DNA of 64,000 bases from Eledone cirrhosa (lineage: Eukaryota), in assembly GCA_964016885.1 (NCBI GenBank), contig OZ024742.1, forward strand, positions 170,004,001-170,068,000, in the 5' to 3' direction. The notes beneath the pieces are model-generated. The model was not told the DNA's origin and ran no database searches. It worked only from the letters and a program-made list of their open reading frames with translations. Shown here piece by piece: positions 35,721-49,508 of this stretch. Made by a program: the position numbers and the translations under genes. Numbering within the stretch: the first letter of the stretch is position 1; each line of letters opens with the position of its first letter.

Positions 35721-38689
35721 TAGTGATATTTGGTTGAACAGGAAAACAATGGAGTTTGAGTTTTGTGTCCTGTCTGTTTCAGGTGATCTCTTACATTGAA
35801 GATGACAAAACGTTTGGGTTATCTAGTACAGCAGTTGGCTTGTAGTGCAAGTTTTACATGTATTAAAGTGTGAATCTAAGCTATGTTCATTGTCAATCAG
35901 TGGATCTTTGTATACATGACTATCATGTATTAACTAAACCTGCTGACAGCCAATCAGGATGTAGTCTAGCTGATATGAAATTTAGTAGTTGTTTGAGAAC
36001 CATATTATAAAGTAGTGGAAGGTTGTGTTGAAACCTTATGTTTGTTATTAGAAACATGATGAACTGTATAAAATGGATTCAAGAGAAGACAGTCACTATT
36101 ACTTCTACAATGAATCTATGACTAATAACTGAGGTAATCCATTTGTGTACTATCCACATTTAACTCTTTCATTGCCATATTTCTAATCAAAGACTGCTTA
36201 TTGGGTTTCAGTTATTTTTGAAAATAACCAAACATTTAGATGAATTAAAAAAAAATAACTAAGTTTTTCATTAGTAACCATTAAGAAAACTTTAAATAAA
36301 ATTATGATGCGTTCTATGATTTAGCAGAAAATATCTAAAAATGGGTTTGTTAATTCAAATATTTATAGTATATTTATACTAATAGATAGATCGTTGTGAA
36401 TATTTACAGTATTAGAGTAAATACTTTATATTTTAATGTGATGCAGCGTTGGTGCTTTTTTGTGCATTTCAAAAATGTTGTGCTAATATGGTTGCATGTG
36501 ATACTGGATGTTACAAGTAGATAGAGGCATGTTTTAGAGAAGGTTAGTGTTTAAAGGGTTAAGAGATGATAATGATGACAATGATGACACTGTTCTAAAG
36601 TAAATCCTATTTAGTAAGATTACCAAGAGGATAAGTTATGAGAATGTCAGTTCTTAGATTGTGAGGTTGATGCTTCTCACCTCAGTTTCAATGAATCATT
36701 CAAATGCCAAAAATTGATGCAGCCATTTGTTGGGGTCCCACTCTAGATGTTTTCACAGTCAGCAGTCACCACTGGGCTCTATCCTCCATCATGCATAGAA
36801 TTTAATATAAGGATAGACATTTTAAAATGAACAATTTTGTATTATAAATCCATGTTAGATTCAGATTCTTTGGATTGAAAAAGATTAATTTAATTTATGT
36901 ATTTTCATTAGATAGTGCAACAAGTCCTTATTAAATATTTAGCTTATTTTTAGTAAACAAATCTTGTTGAAAAAAAATCTAAGTTTTAACCAAAGTCTCA
37001 GTTATTTCTGTCAGTTTTCCAAAATGATTATTTTTGTTTGGTTACTGTTTATTGTTTTACATTTGTTTTGACGTGATTGTTGTTAATGAAAACCATGTAA
37101 AAACACACAAAGACATGGAACTTTCCTTTGTAGACTGAACACTGAATAATTTGGGAAAGATTTGATTACAGTTATTTTCACTGCCAAAATGTAATTAGGT
37201 AGGAATATATTTCATGAAGTAATTACTTTATTGTGATTACCATAATGATAACGAGCTTATTTTAGTCTTTGTCTGTCTTTGGTTCCTTACTAACATCTCA
37301 GTTCATTTTAATTTACTCTTGGACTTTATATTTTTACTGCACATATCTCTACCATTTACATTATTGCTATTTACTAGTACTATAGCCATCTACTGCTTCA
37401 TTAAAGCCAAATTAGTTTACTTAGATTACACTTGCTATTCATAGAAAGCTTCTGTTACACTGCTCTGATTGGCAAACATTCAAAGTTATGTATTGATGAT
37501 ACTTCAAAAGCTGAGTCGACATAATTAAAATGGGTCTGCCTCTAGAACAATAAAGATGGACAGGATTTTTAACCTCATGATGAAGTTCAGTGATTGTCCA
37601 AGGAACTGTATGTATATAAGAAATAGTTTTTTCTTTTGGACAAAAGGTCATCTCTGAAACACAAGGATTTTCTTTTTCCCACAGCAGACATCATCATCCT
37701 TATTACAGCCCATTTTCCATGCTTGCATGAGTTGAATGGGTCTTTTCTAGCACAGCCACAAAAATTGATGAATTTAGATAAATATAAAGTTTAAAACAAA
37801 CAGTTTTTATTGTAAAACCAGGGGCAGTTTCAGGCAGTTTAGTATCAATAGGATTAATGTAGTCAGGGAGTTCTAGTTTGGTGAAAGAATCAGCTACAAG
37901 AAGTATGGGAGAGCATGTCTAGTGGGAGAGCCAGTGTATAATGAATAAGTTTAATTGCTGTACTGTACATGTGTGTTGTTACTGTGTGGCTATGTGTGTT
38001 GTTGCTGGCTTGCTTTCATTTGGGACACTCACGTTTCATACTGTGATACTGTGATACTGTTTATATCAATGACCTTTCAGGGCAGTGGTAATACTGCTCC
38101 AGGATTAAAAGCTCCAGTAGATCTCCAAATAATTAATAGTCAGTCAGTAATTTAAAATGTCATGTCTACTGTTATTTATTTATTGTGTGTGTGTGTGTGT
38201 GTGTGTGCACGCACACGTACGTATATCTTATGTTCAGATCTAGTTGTAAATATATGATAGATTTGTTTGGGTGTAATCAACCCTTTTTTGCCTTGACTTT
38301 CATAACCTCAGAGTAAAGGCTAACTGGGTAACAATGTAGCTAGGTGTGTGTTGTTGGTGGTGGTGTGTGTATCTTGTGTTGTATCAGTTTTTACTTAATT
38401 TATTCAGATCTACTCAGCCAACTTAACTTAACTGTTTCTTAATATATTCACCTAGTTGAGTTTCTCTTCAACAATTAATATTTAAAATCCTCACTTATGA
38501 ACATCATTTTAGTCCAGTGATTTAAGGTAGCAAATTAACAGAATTGTTAGAGCCTCAGACAGAATATCTCGTGTTATTTGTTTAGACTCTTAGCACTCTG
38601 AGTTCAAATCCAGTCAATGTTGTCTTTCATCCTTTTCAGGCTGATAAACGTACTAGTCGATGGTGGTGGATTGGCAGAGTCGTTAGTCC

Positions 38690-39060
38690 TCTTCTCTTCT
38701 TCGCCCAAGCGTGACCAGCCAAGCTCATGGATGTTATCCAACCATCTTGCTTGAGGGTCTACCCCTGGGTCTCCTGCTAATTGGCTTTGCCCATAAAATC
38801 TGTCCTGTGATTCTTTCTTGAGACATTCTAACCACATGCCCATAGTATCGGAGCTGTAATCTCTCAATTCAGAGAACCAGCAGATCTACCTGGAGTGACT
38901 CTCTGATCGCGGAGCTACACACTTTATCGAGTAACGTTACTCCAAAGACTCTTTAGAGTCTTTGGAGTCGTTAGTGTCAAATGAATTACTTTGCTGTATC
39001 TGTTGAAACCCTTTGCATTTGGAGTTAAAATTCGATCTAAGGGTGTCAAATCCCACTGAT
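38690..39060 (-). mobile_element. RTE-like LINE 3' fragment (same family as 19385)
   Basis: Remnants RLQLRYYGHVVRMS and ARWLDNI. Confidence 0.72.
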
Positions 39061-39208
39061 GTCCACAACTGATTATAAAAGTTATGATGGGTTGAGGAGG
39101 ATTGTAGCTGTCTGCTTTTGCAGTCAATGCTGTTGCTAATGATGATGATGAGAATGATATATCAGTGAAGTGGTGTTTAAATCTTGAGGTAGGAAAATCG
39201 TTTTTCCT

Positions 39209-39525
39209 GTTACCTCTTAATATCCTGTAATGATTTAGCAGAAAATATCTAAAAGCAGGTTTGTTAATTCAAATCTTTACTAGTGGATAGATTGTTGTGA
39301 ACATTTGAAGTATTTAATGTGATGTAGTCATAGTGATGTTTTATACTTTTTTAAGAATGTCTTGCTAATGTGGTTTGTTAATTTAAATGTTTATAGTATC
39401 TTTGTTAGTGGACAGATTGTTGTGAAAATTTGCAACTTTAATTTTTTTTTATTGTATGTTATTTTATACTTTTGAAGAACGCCATGCTTCTGTGGTTTCA
39501 TGTAGTACAGGACATTAAGAGTTAA
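39209..39525. mobile_element. TTAA MITE family C; further copies near 18795, 34660-35195, 36310, 39600 and 44570
   Basis: TIRs CTCTTAATATCCTGTA / TACAGGACATTAAGAG-TTAA. Confidence 0.72.
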
Positions 39526-40734
39526 AATGAGATCAACTGAAAATACAATGGTTTAACTTTTCAATTTAAAAAAAAACAGTACTATTTTCCATAAACAGCT
39601 TTAAGATTTTCATGTGATGCAGTCCTAGTGTTGTTTTGTCTTTTTGAAGAATGTCATGCTTCTGTAGTTTTATGTGGTACAGGACATTAATAAGAATTAA
39701 ATGAGATCAACTGAAAATATAATGGTTTAATTTTTCAGTTTCTCTTAAAACAGTATTGTTTTCCATAAATCTATGGGTTTAAAATTTTAAGAATTTCCAA
39801 AGCAATTTATCAATTTATCATCTGGATGAGGATTATTATATTATTAACTTACTTAAATCTTATCCCTGTTTGTTGCCTGCTGCTCTACCCCCTCTTCCCC
39901 CCTATTAACATACAGCATTGACTTAAAATACCATAATTGCTAGTACAAAGAGTGTATTCATAAATTGTTGGCTGCAGAACAATGGAAATCCTTTCCCTGC
40001 CCCCAGCATAGACACAAGATTTTCAAATTTCTATTGTTGGTGGTGTTGATGGTGGTGTTGGTGAGAGAAAGTTTAAAAGGTCATTAGGCTGAAGTTTGGC
40101 CAAACTGTGACCTCTTCAATATGAAGCTTGACCAAAATCTGGTTTCTCTCTCTCTCTGATGTGGTGGCTGGATGCTGGTAATTTAGTTGTTGTTTTCTGT
40201 GTGTGTGTGTGTGAAGGAGAAAAGGTGTAAAGATGAATTGAAGGTTTTGTGATTGTGTATGTATGAGAAAGAGGGAGAAGAAAGAATGAGAGAGGATGGG
40301 AGACAGATGAAAAAGAAAGAGAATGAGAGAGAAGGAGGGGAGAAAAGGGGAGAGTGAGAAAGAAAGAAAAAGAACGAGGGAGAAAATTAGTGTATATGTG
40401 ATGCATGTGTGAATGAGAGAGAAAATGGGACATGTGTGTGGTGGCATGTGGTAGTGTGTGGGTTTACCTCCATATAGAATGATATTGTTCTGATGAGGGA
40501 GTGTGATTAATGAGATTTTGAACTAAATTTTTACTGCTTTCAACTTTATTTTTCTATTATCTATTGTGATATCACAGACCTCTGTTGATGAGGCAGGTGA
40601 ACCCATCAACAGACAATCTAATCAATTATCCAGCTCCCTGCATAGATTGTTTTCTATATGATAGAACTAAAGTACAATAAACTTTCTCTATTATCAGAAT
40701 CATATAAAATAGAATATTTGTTTACTACTAGAAT

Positions 40735-41370
40735 AGTGAGGGAGTCGGGTTACTGACTATGAGATTCTTATCTTCACTGGCAGCTCACCTAACAGAGGTA
40801 ACTTGTGAAGCTTGTGAGGGCACTTGGTTGTTTCAGTGCATCAGCCTCGCCATCAATGAGCGTGCTGACTTGCTTCAAAAATTATTAGAGAGGTTTCCCA
40901 GTGCTCCTCACCATACTGTTATCTTTAGCTTTGGTAGCGGCAGCTCGGTTGTCCACCCATTTCGCTTGCCTTTTCTTGTATGTTGTCCTAGATGTGTGTG
41001 CTACCTGCTTCTGTATTTTTTTCTTCTTTTTATTTCTTTACTTTTTCTTTTCCTCTTTCTTTTTTTTTTGTTCTTTCCCTTTCCCTTATATTATATTTGT
41101 TTGTGCTTATGTTCTGTAAGCATTGCATTATTGTGAATTGGCAGTATCGGTGGAGGGTCGGACATGCTTTCCAGCATAGTTACGTCCCTTTACAATCTGA
41201 GTTCAAATCCCGCCAAGGTTAACTTTGCCTTTCATCCTTACGGGGTCGATAAAATAAAGTACCAGTAATGTACTGGGTAATTGCTGGCCTTGTGCTAAAA
41301 GTAGAAATAATTATTATAATTCTTTTTTTATACAACTGTGAATAAAATAAAATATACATAGAAAAAAAAG
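40735..41370 (+). mobile_element. Degraded 3' end of a CRE-like non-LTR element, interrupted by a family-1 SINE (41133-41318)
   Basis: RFLSSLAAHLTEVTCEACEGTWLFQCISLAI resembles the peptide at 48778. It is followed by a T-rich UTR, AATAAA at 41341 and an A-rich end. Confidence 0.55.
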
Positions 41371-42084
41371 TGAACTTGCATATAAGTTCCAGCTATAAAT
41401 CTGATGCACCTCTGTTGGTTTTGATGAATATTCCAGTTGTTCAATCAACAGAACAGCCTGCTTGTAAAATCAACATGTGACTGAACAATTCACAGACACA
41501 TGTACCCTTAACACCTGGTTTTATGATAGAAAAAACGATTTGTTTTAAAGTGCATATATTTATCTAAAAACTTTCCAACATAATTTATGCACGAACCTTT
41601 GTTACATTCTAAACACCAGCTTAATGAGAGAAAGTTAGTTATCCTACTAAATTCTACCAAATTCTTGATTATTTTCAAAATTATTTGAAAATCATAGTCA
41701 GTGTATTTGAGAAAAGAATATGATCTCAAAAGGGTTAGTTACATTAAATTCATCTGATTTCACATTTCATGCTTCAGTGAAATACAGAAAAATATTACTG
41801 ACTGTAACTTATTGTCTGTTACAGACAGAAAGAGTGCCTACACAATCAATATTGTTTTAAACTACTCTCCACATCAATTGACCTCTGCCATTGCCTCTAT
41901 AAAGCTACTCTCATCAATTGAACCCTCTCCACAATTACCATTTCCTCTATAATTCTGACTGAGTTTCCTTCCTAACAGAATTTAATCTAAGGCTTTTACA
42001 ATCACCTCACTACATACATAGCAGTAGTTTTTGACAGGTAAACCATTCATAAGTTTCCAAGGTGGTAGTTTATGTACTAAACAG

Positions 42085-42245
42085 ACTCCACCATTCATGT
42101 CAGCCAGGGAGCAGTTCTTGTGCTCAACAAACTCTACTAAAGTCAGCCAGGTAGCAGTTCTTGTACTTGACTGACTTCACCATAAGTCAACCAGGGAGCA
42201 GTTCTTGTACTCAACAAACTCCGCCATAAATCAGTCAGGGAGAAG
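42085..42245. repeat. ~43-bp tandem repeat, ~4 copies
   Basis: Units resemble AGTCAGCCAGGGAGCAGTTCTTGTACTCAACAAACTCC. Confidence 0.75.
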
Positions 42246-42509
42246 TTATTTATCAGGGAACAAGTTCACTCAGTTAACAAACATTTGCCTGCCTATTTGA
42301 ATATCTCTATACATTATTTTGTGTATGTTGCTATTGGTTACAATATTGACATAGTACAGAATTTCTTCTGGGTCCCTTTTCTCCCCCCACTCCCAAGTAG
42401 AACAAAGGTAACCTTTCTGTTCTCAAGGATTTCTCATCAATCAATAGTTTTAGGGGTGTGAGAGAAGGCATTGGGTTTATAATGTGATTAATGGTGTTGG
42501 TACCCACTC

Positions 42510-43265
42510 GCGATGGTTGATGTCGTGGTGGTAATGGTGCTAGTGATAGTTGTGATATGTGGTGGTAATAATAATGGTGGTAGTGTTGTTTGTGGTTGTG
42601 GTGATGGTAGTAGTGGTTGTTGTGGTGGTAGTGTTGTCTGTGGTTGTGGTGCTAATGATAGTTGTGATGACTGTGGTGGTACTAGTGATAGTTGTGATGA
42701 CTGTGGTGGTGATAATAGTGGTGCTAGTGTTGTCTGTGGTGATGGTAGTAGTGGTTGGGCTGGTGGTGGTAATAGTGGTGTTGGTGGTGGTGTTGTCTGT
42801 AGTTGTAGTGATGGTAGTAGTGGTGGTAATAGTGGTGGTGTTGTCTGTAGTTGTGGTGATGGTAGTGGTGGTTGTTGTAGTTGTGGTGACTGTAGTGGTA
42901 GTGTTGTCTGGTAATGGTAGTGATGGTACTGGTGGTGGTGGTTGTAGTGTTGGCTGTGGTGATGGTAGTGGTAGCTGTGGTGATGGTGGTGTGTTGTGGC
43001 TGTTGTGGTGATGGTAGTGGTGGTTGTGGTAGCAGTGATGGTGGTTGTGTTGTGGTGATGGTAGTGGTGGTTGTGGTAGCAGTGATGGTAGTGGTGGTAG
43101 TGGTTGTGGTGTGTTGTGGCTGTTGTGGTGATGGTTGTGGTGGTTGTGGTAGCAGTGATGGTAGTATAGGTGGTGGTGTGTTGTGGCTGTTGTGGTGATG
43201 GTAGTGGTGGTTGTGGAAGCAGTGATGGTAGTATAGGTAGTGGTGGCTGTGGTTGTGGTGGTAGT
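42510..43265. repeat. Degenerate (GGT/GTA/GTT)n low-complexity tract
   Basis: Trinucleotide composition; the ORFs here are poly-V, poly-T and poly-H artefacts. Confidence 0.9.
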
Positions 43266-43349
43266 TAATAATTGTTGCTTTAATGTCATAGCATTGATTT
43301 CTACTCATTGCTTTTATATTGTTTTGAGGTGTTCTGTTATCAGAATAAG

Positions 43350-44085
43350 GGTAGGTAGGGCTAGCTAGGGGAGCCGCATTGCTATATAGGGCTAGCTAGG
43401 AGTGTCGCATGGCTATGTATGCCGGAGCTAGGATGTAATCAATCTATGTAAGGGTAGCTAGGGAGTGTCATCTGAATATGTAGGGCTAGCTAGGGGTGTT
43501 ACAATTCTATGTAGGGTAGCTGCAGGTTTACCTGTCTCTGTAGGGCTAGCTAAAGGGTGTCACTAGTCTTTGTAGGGGTAGCTAGGGGTGTGTTACCTAT
43601 GTAGAGGTAGCTACTTGTGTGTAACCTGTCAGGGTATGAGTTGCTACTTGTGTGTCACCTGTCTGTATAGGGGGAGTTAGGGGTCTAAGCTGTCAAGGTA
43701 GAGGTGGCTAGGGGATGTATTACCTGTCCATAAGAATATGTCACTGTAGGAAGATGGGTAGGTAGGGGTGTCACTGTAAGGGTCGGTAGGTGGAGTAGCT
43801 TGGTGTGTCACCTATCAGGATAGGAGGGGCTAAATAGGTGTGTCACCTGTCAGGGTAGGAGGGGCTAGATAGGTGTGTCACCTGTCAGTGTAATAGGGGT
43901 TAGATAGGTATGTCACCTGTCAAGGTAGGTAGGAGGAGTAGCTAGGTGTGTAACCTGCCCATGTAAAGGTAGCTAGGGTTGTGACTTGTCCATGAGTATA
44001 TGTCAGAGTAAGGGTAATTAGGAGCATCACTTGTCCTTGACAATATGTCAGGGTAGGAGTAGCTAGGGGTATCACCTGTCTATGT
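43350..44085. repeat. Degenerate ~30-35-bp tandem repeat (AGGGCTAGCTAGGGGTGTCACCTGTC)
   Basis: GCTAG and TGTCACCTGTC motifs recur throughout. Confidence 0.75.
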
Positions 44086-44091
44086 GGCTGT

Positions 44092-44262
44092 TCTGAGTGT
44101 CATTAGAGAACAAGGTCATATGTAAATATGATGCTGACTTCTTGCTGGTCTGAGAGGTCAGTAGAGAGAGCAAGGTCATATATAAATGTGATGCTGACCC
44201 CTGGATTGTCTGAGAGATCAGTAGTGAGAGCAGGGTCATATGTAAATGTGATGCTGGCCCCT
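44092..44262. repeat. 60-bp tandem repeat, ~3 copies
   Basis: CARGGTCATATRTAAATRTGATGCTG occurs at 44111, 44171 and 44231. Confidence 0.85.
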
Positions 44263-45328
44263 AACCTACACTGCAACCACTAATCCACCCTCCACTCACT
44301 GTTCCACAGACATGTCTCCCCATCTATATTGATACTGCAAAAGTCTCTGTTTCTTGGAACTAGCTGTAACATAACCAGGGCTGGATTAAATCTTTTGGGA
44401 GCTCTAATCCCTCATCTCACTCTTAGACATTTCCACCCATGGCTAATTCTGTCCATTGACTGCTACTGATCCCCAAATTGATGAAACACAAAGTTGACCT
44501 CAGAATAAATAATGAAGCATTTGATGTGTTGCTCTATCAATTCAGTCAACCCACCTTTGATATACAGATAGTTATATTAAATCCTAACGTCCTGTACCAC
44601 ATGAAACCACATTAGCAAGATATCAACCCACCTTTGATGTACAGATAGTTATATTAATTCTTAACGTCCTGTACCACATGAAACCACATTAGCAAGATGT
44701 TCTTGAGGAGAACAAAACAGCACTATGGCTGCATCACATTAAAAATGTAAGTTTTTATTTTAGTTTACTGCCAATTTTCACAAGGATCTATCTATCAATT
44801 AGAAGCTATATCATAAACATTTGAATTAGCAAACCTATATTTAGAATTTTTCTCATAAATAATTACAGAATCATCATCATCATCAGCATTATTTAATGTC
44901 CATATTTCCTGCTAGGAAAGGTTGAATGGGTCTTCAGACCAAGACCAAGTCAGTACTTAATCCAGAGCTACTGACCTCTCTGACAGGCCTGGGTTTGAGG
45001 TGGGGGTGTGGTTTGCTTCTGGCCTACATATGTGTCCCTACCATCACCACCACCACTGCACTAAAAGTAGAAGCAACTTTTCCATGTGTTGTACTTGATG
45101 AGGTGTTGTTTTATCCATGTCTGTCAGAGGATCTGTTTCTCTTTCTTACTTCAAATCAGGTGTTTATAATGGTTGATATAACCTTAGCAGTTAATTCATT
45201 TACAATATAAACAAGGTTTTTTAAGTGTACTTTCAATGTAAGTTTTTCTTCGAGCACCACCATGTTAACTTGGCTAAAATGTTTATAGAAAAAAGGTTTC
45301 TTTATGTTTGTTAGTTTCTTATTGCAAA

Positions 45329-45403
<75 letters not shown>

Positions 45404-47051
45404 TATATATATACACATATATGCATATATATATAGGAGCAGGTATTGATTAAGTATTGCAATTTTTATGCCAATTTAAATATTTTCTTTGTCTAACATT
45501 CTATTTACTCCTCTTCTTTAATATGAAGAGGTTTTCTTTTCTAATTGGTTGTATTGGTTTTCTTTGTTTATATTATGATAAAGGAATGCAACATGTGGGG
45601 AGGGAGGCTAGAAAAGACCCCTCAAACCCATGTGAGCATTGAAAAGAGGACTTTCAAATAATGATGATGAGGATGATGATATCTTTAGAAATCAAGTAAC
45701 ATTTGTTTTTATGTTTAATTAAAAAAGAAAATCTCGAAAGGTTTCAAGATGATAAATCTGTCTTGATCTGAAACTAATATTCTGTTTGTTTTCAGAATAA
45801 TCTTGTAAGTAGTAATAATAATATTTGCAATTATTTTGCCTCCATCCAACTATAGCAGTCTTAAAACTATCTCTACAAATACAGCTAGCTTGTTAGATTT
45901 TGAAATCTAAACTTTGATTGTTGGTTGGTTGGATCTTTCCTTATTTGTCAAGTTGTTTAGCTCCAGCTCAGCCCAGATTAAGGAAAACATGATGGAAGTT
46001 AGTCCAGCCATGACCTTCTTATCTCATCCTTTCTTTTTATCAGGGGTACATTGTCCAACGTATCTTTTACTTATGTGGTTGGTGATATGAAGGGCATCCA
46101 GCCATAGAAAACCTGCCAAACAAAAAGTTCATGAGGGCTCTTTGTCTGTGCCAAAGACATGAAAACTTCTTTAATGCTGGTTGTCTTGATAACTTTACAT
46201 TTGGTAGAATGCAGGATATATGTCAGGTCTCTGGTCACAGACTGGTCAGTGGCTCTGTTTAATTACTGACTAATCTGTGATGACACATCCAGCTCTTGCT
46301 AGCAGGTAAAACATGTTAAACTATTATGTTGATAATGATTATAGTGTGGAGGGTGATTTAGCTGCTGTTTCTAGCATTTCGAGCGATTGTGTAGAAGTGT
46401 CCTCTTAATAAATGTCAAGTTGTTATTTAACCCCAGGACAACAGACTGATGAAAGGTATTCCAGCCTTGACCATTTTTTGTTTTGTTTTATATCAGGGAA
46501 TACATTGTCCAATGTAGTGTGAAAATATATGCCTACTATTTCTAGCAAGACAAGTAACTGTATTGAGTCTTCCTCATTTTAAGTTGTTTTTGTTGTTTAG
46601 CCCCAGGTCAGGTCTGATTGAAATCTAACCATTACCAGCCACCCTTTTTTTCAGTCATAGTGTACCCAGGGTTCTGTTATTTAAGGTGTTCTATTTTTTT
46701 TGCAGGATTTGAAGGAGATTTAGTTGCTGTCTCTAGCAAGTCAAACAACCATTTAGAGGCTCCTTTTATTGGTTCCTAAATGTCAAGTTTTACTGTGATC
46801 TATTGGCAGATAATCAGTTTCCAGATATCAAATTATCCCCATTGGTTGAAAATATTTTCCTGGTTAATTCTATTACCATATTTCTTATGAAATACACCAC
46901 CAGTATTTCTAGTCACTTTGAAAATAATCAAGAATTTGGAAGGATTTAGTATTATAACTAACTTTCTTATTATTAAGCTGGTGCTTGGAGCATAACTTAA
47001 CAAAGGTTCTTACATAAAATTATGATTGAAGGCTTTTAGATAAATATAAAA

Positions 47052-47232
47052 AAAGCACCCAGCCCACACTGTAAATGTGGTTAGTGTTAGGAAGGGCATC
47101 CAGCTGTAGAAATCTAGCCAGAAATAGTTCTGTATGAGTAGGACATGGTCACCTAACTCAACTTACCTCTAATAGGACAATCTGTCTAACTCATGCTAGT
47201 GTGGAAAGTGACTTTAAACAATGATGATGATG
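47052..47232 (+). mobile_element. RTE-tail retroposon fragment inserted in a family B MITE
   Basis: Reads AAAGCACCCAG...GTTAGGAAGGGCATCCAGCTGTAGAAA...(GAT)n, with GATAAATA on both sides. Confidence 0.7.
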
Positions 47233-48254
47233 ATAAATACTTTAAAATAATCAACTTTGTATTATAGAACCAGGGGGTAGTTTCAGACAGTTTGATTAAA
47301 AGGGTTAAATTTTAATGCTTTGGGTATCATTATCTATTTAATATGTGTATACATTGATACTGTGACACCGTGCCTTCTTAATAATGACATTTACTTTCTA
47401 TGCTTGCATGGGTTAGATGGACTGTCATGTAGTGAGGCTAAACTGGTAAGGTGATTACATCTTGCTCATACACTGTTTGGGGCTTGGTTTCTATGTCTGG
47501 ATGCCCTTCCTAATGCCAACCCAGTAACAGCTTGGACTGAGAGCACTATCACCTTGCAGGGTGAACTGGGTGCTTTTTAGCAAAGCACCAGCACTACCAC
47601 TTTACAGAGTGGATTGGGTATTGTTTGTTGTGGCACCAGAACTACCACTTTACAGAGTGGATTGGGTATTTTTTGTTGTGGCACCAGAACTACCACCTTA
47701 CAGAGTAGGCTGGCTGTAGTTTATCATGGCACAAGCACTAATTACTATTAAATGTAAGATGATTGTATTGCTTCTCAACTTCAATCCAGTAAATAGCTAT
47801 ATTTATGGTATTCATGTTGTTACATGTTGCTTTAAGGTATTGTTTTTATGTTGTTATCTTCATTAACTAAATTGCTTTAGTATGTAAATTCTTTCACATC
47901 TATTAAGTACTTTTTCCTGAACAATGGTAAGTAGGTGCAGTTCTAGTAGTATCAGAATGTCTAATAATATTATAGGTGCTGATATTAAGGTGAGTCTGAT
48001 ATTCATTGTAGCACAGCTTGTTTAGTCTTTGCTTGTAAGTGGTTAGGATCAATCAATAAAGAGAATGACCAATTTATTTAGTTCTTTCATTACCATATTT
48101 CTAAAGAAACACAGCCTATAATTTTCAAAAGAATTTGGATTGATTTAGTAATATAACCACCTTTCTCATTATTAAGCTGGTATTTGGAACATAACTTAAC
48201 ACAGACTCTTACATGAAGTCATGATGGAAGGTTTTTAGATGAATATAAATACCT

Positions 48255-48455
48255 ATGGTTTAAATTTCATATAAATTGAAGGGAAAAAATTTTCAGTGGG
48301 GGTTTGTGCCCCCGGCGAACCCTTTCATTAAAATGAAATATACTTATCTAAGTACCCTGGGCAATGTAGTTTCAGAATATATATGGTTATGGCAGTCTAT
48401 CTCCAAAACAAACAAACAAACAAACTGACAGGAACTACAACGTTATATATATAGA
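48255..48455 (-). mobile_element. 5' part of a Helitron-like element, head-to-head with the next one
   Basis: The minus strand starts A|TCTATATATATAACG and continues into (GTTT)n, typical of a non-autonomous Helitron 5' end. Confidence 0.55.
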
Positions 48456-48461
48456 TATATA

Positions 48462-49271
48462 TCAATAATATTATAAAGCTGAGTGTCGTGTGTATTATGT
48501 ATGTATCCTACACACTTCCCTATAGTTTCTTAGCTTTACTCTCTCCGCCGCTCTTCCCTCTCTCTATAATAGATAATTCCCCCTCTCTATAATTTAACTG
48601 CTTTACTCTCGCTGTCGCTCTCCACTCTCTAATATTATAAAGCTGAGCGTCGTCTCGCTCTCTCTATCCCTTTTTCACCCTCTCTATAATTTAACTGCTT
48701 TACTCTCTGTCTCTCTTCACTCTCTATATGACAACACTCTTACTTTCCGTATCTACCTTCAATATATCAATATATACCCAGGTTCTGCTGCACGTTGGGC
48801 TGAGGCGGCCAAACTCCTCAAATACCGGTCGCTTTCCGACAGGTTTGCAGTTGTACCCCTGGCAGTGGAGACTTCTGGTGTCCACGGCTCCAGGGCTACC
48901 TCCTTACTCACCACCATAGGTGCTGAGCTGGCCAGCCGCATGTGTGAGCCCTGCGGGTTGGAGTGGCTTTTCCAGCGCATCTCCCTTGCCGTCCTCCAGG
49001 GAAACGCCTTCTCCATTCTGTCCGCCGGGGCTGTGGGTGGGCCCCATCGCGTACCGTTGTAGTTGTTGTATACAGATATTAACTCATCAATCCCATTCTT
49101 TATATCATATATCAACATAGAGATGAGCGTCGTATGTATGTTTATTTCAAAAGGATAACCTCCTTCAAATTCGGTCAACACACAAGCAGGTAATACATAC
49201 ATCAAAAGGCAACCCTCTTAGAGAGACAGAGAGTGAAAGAGACAGATTAGGAAAACTACACACACATCTAA

Positions 49272-49324
<53 letters not shown>

Positions 49325-49477
49325 GGAAAGAGAAACAGAGGGACAGGCAAGCAGGTAATACATACATCTAAAATCATTTGGATACAAATATAATATAATG
49401 ATTACAGAACGAAAATACAGACAAATATAATAATGTATGTATCCCACACACTTTTTCTGTCGTTGCTCGCATAAGTA

Positions 49478-49508
<31 letters not shown>

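Noticed and set aside
35780-38150. Candidate host exons after polypyrimidine-AG sites (35782, 37444, 38080)
   Set aside because: Short, without recognisable homology or consistent donor sites; RNA-seq would be needed.
42513-43308. Gly/Cys-, Thr- and His-rich ORFs
   Set aside because: Translations of a degenerate trinucleotide tract.
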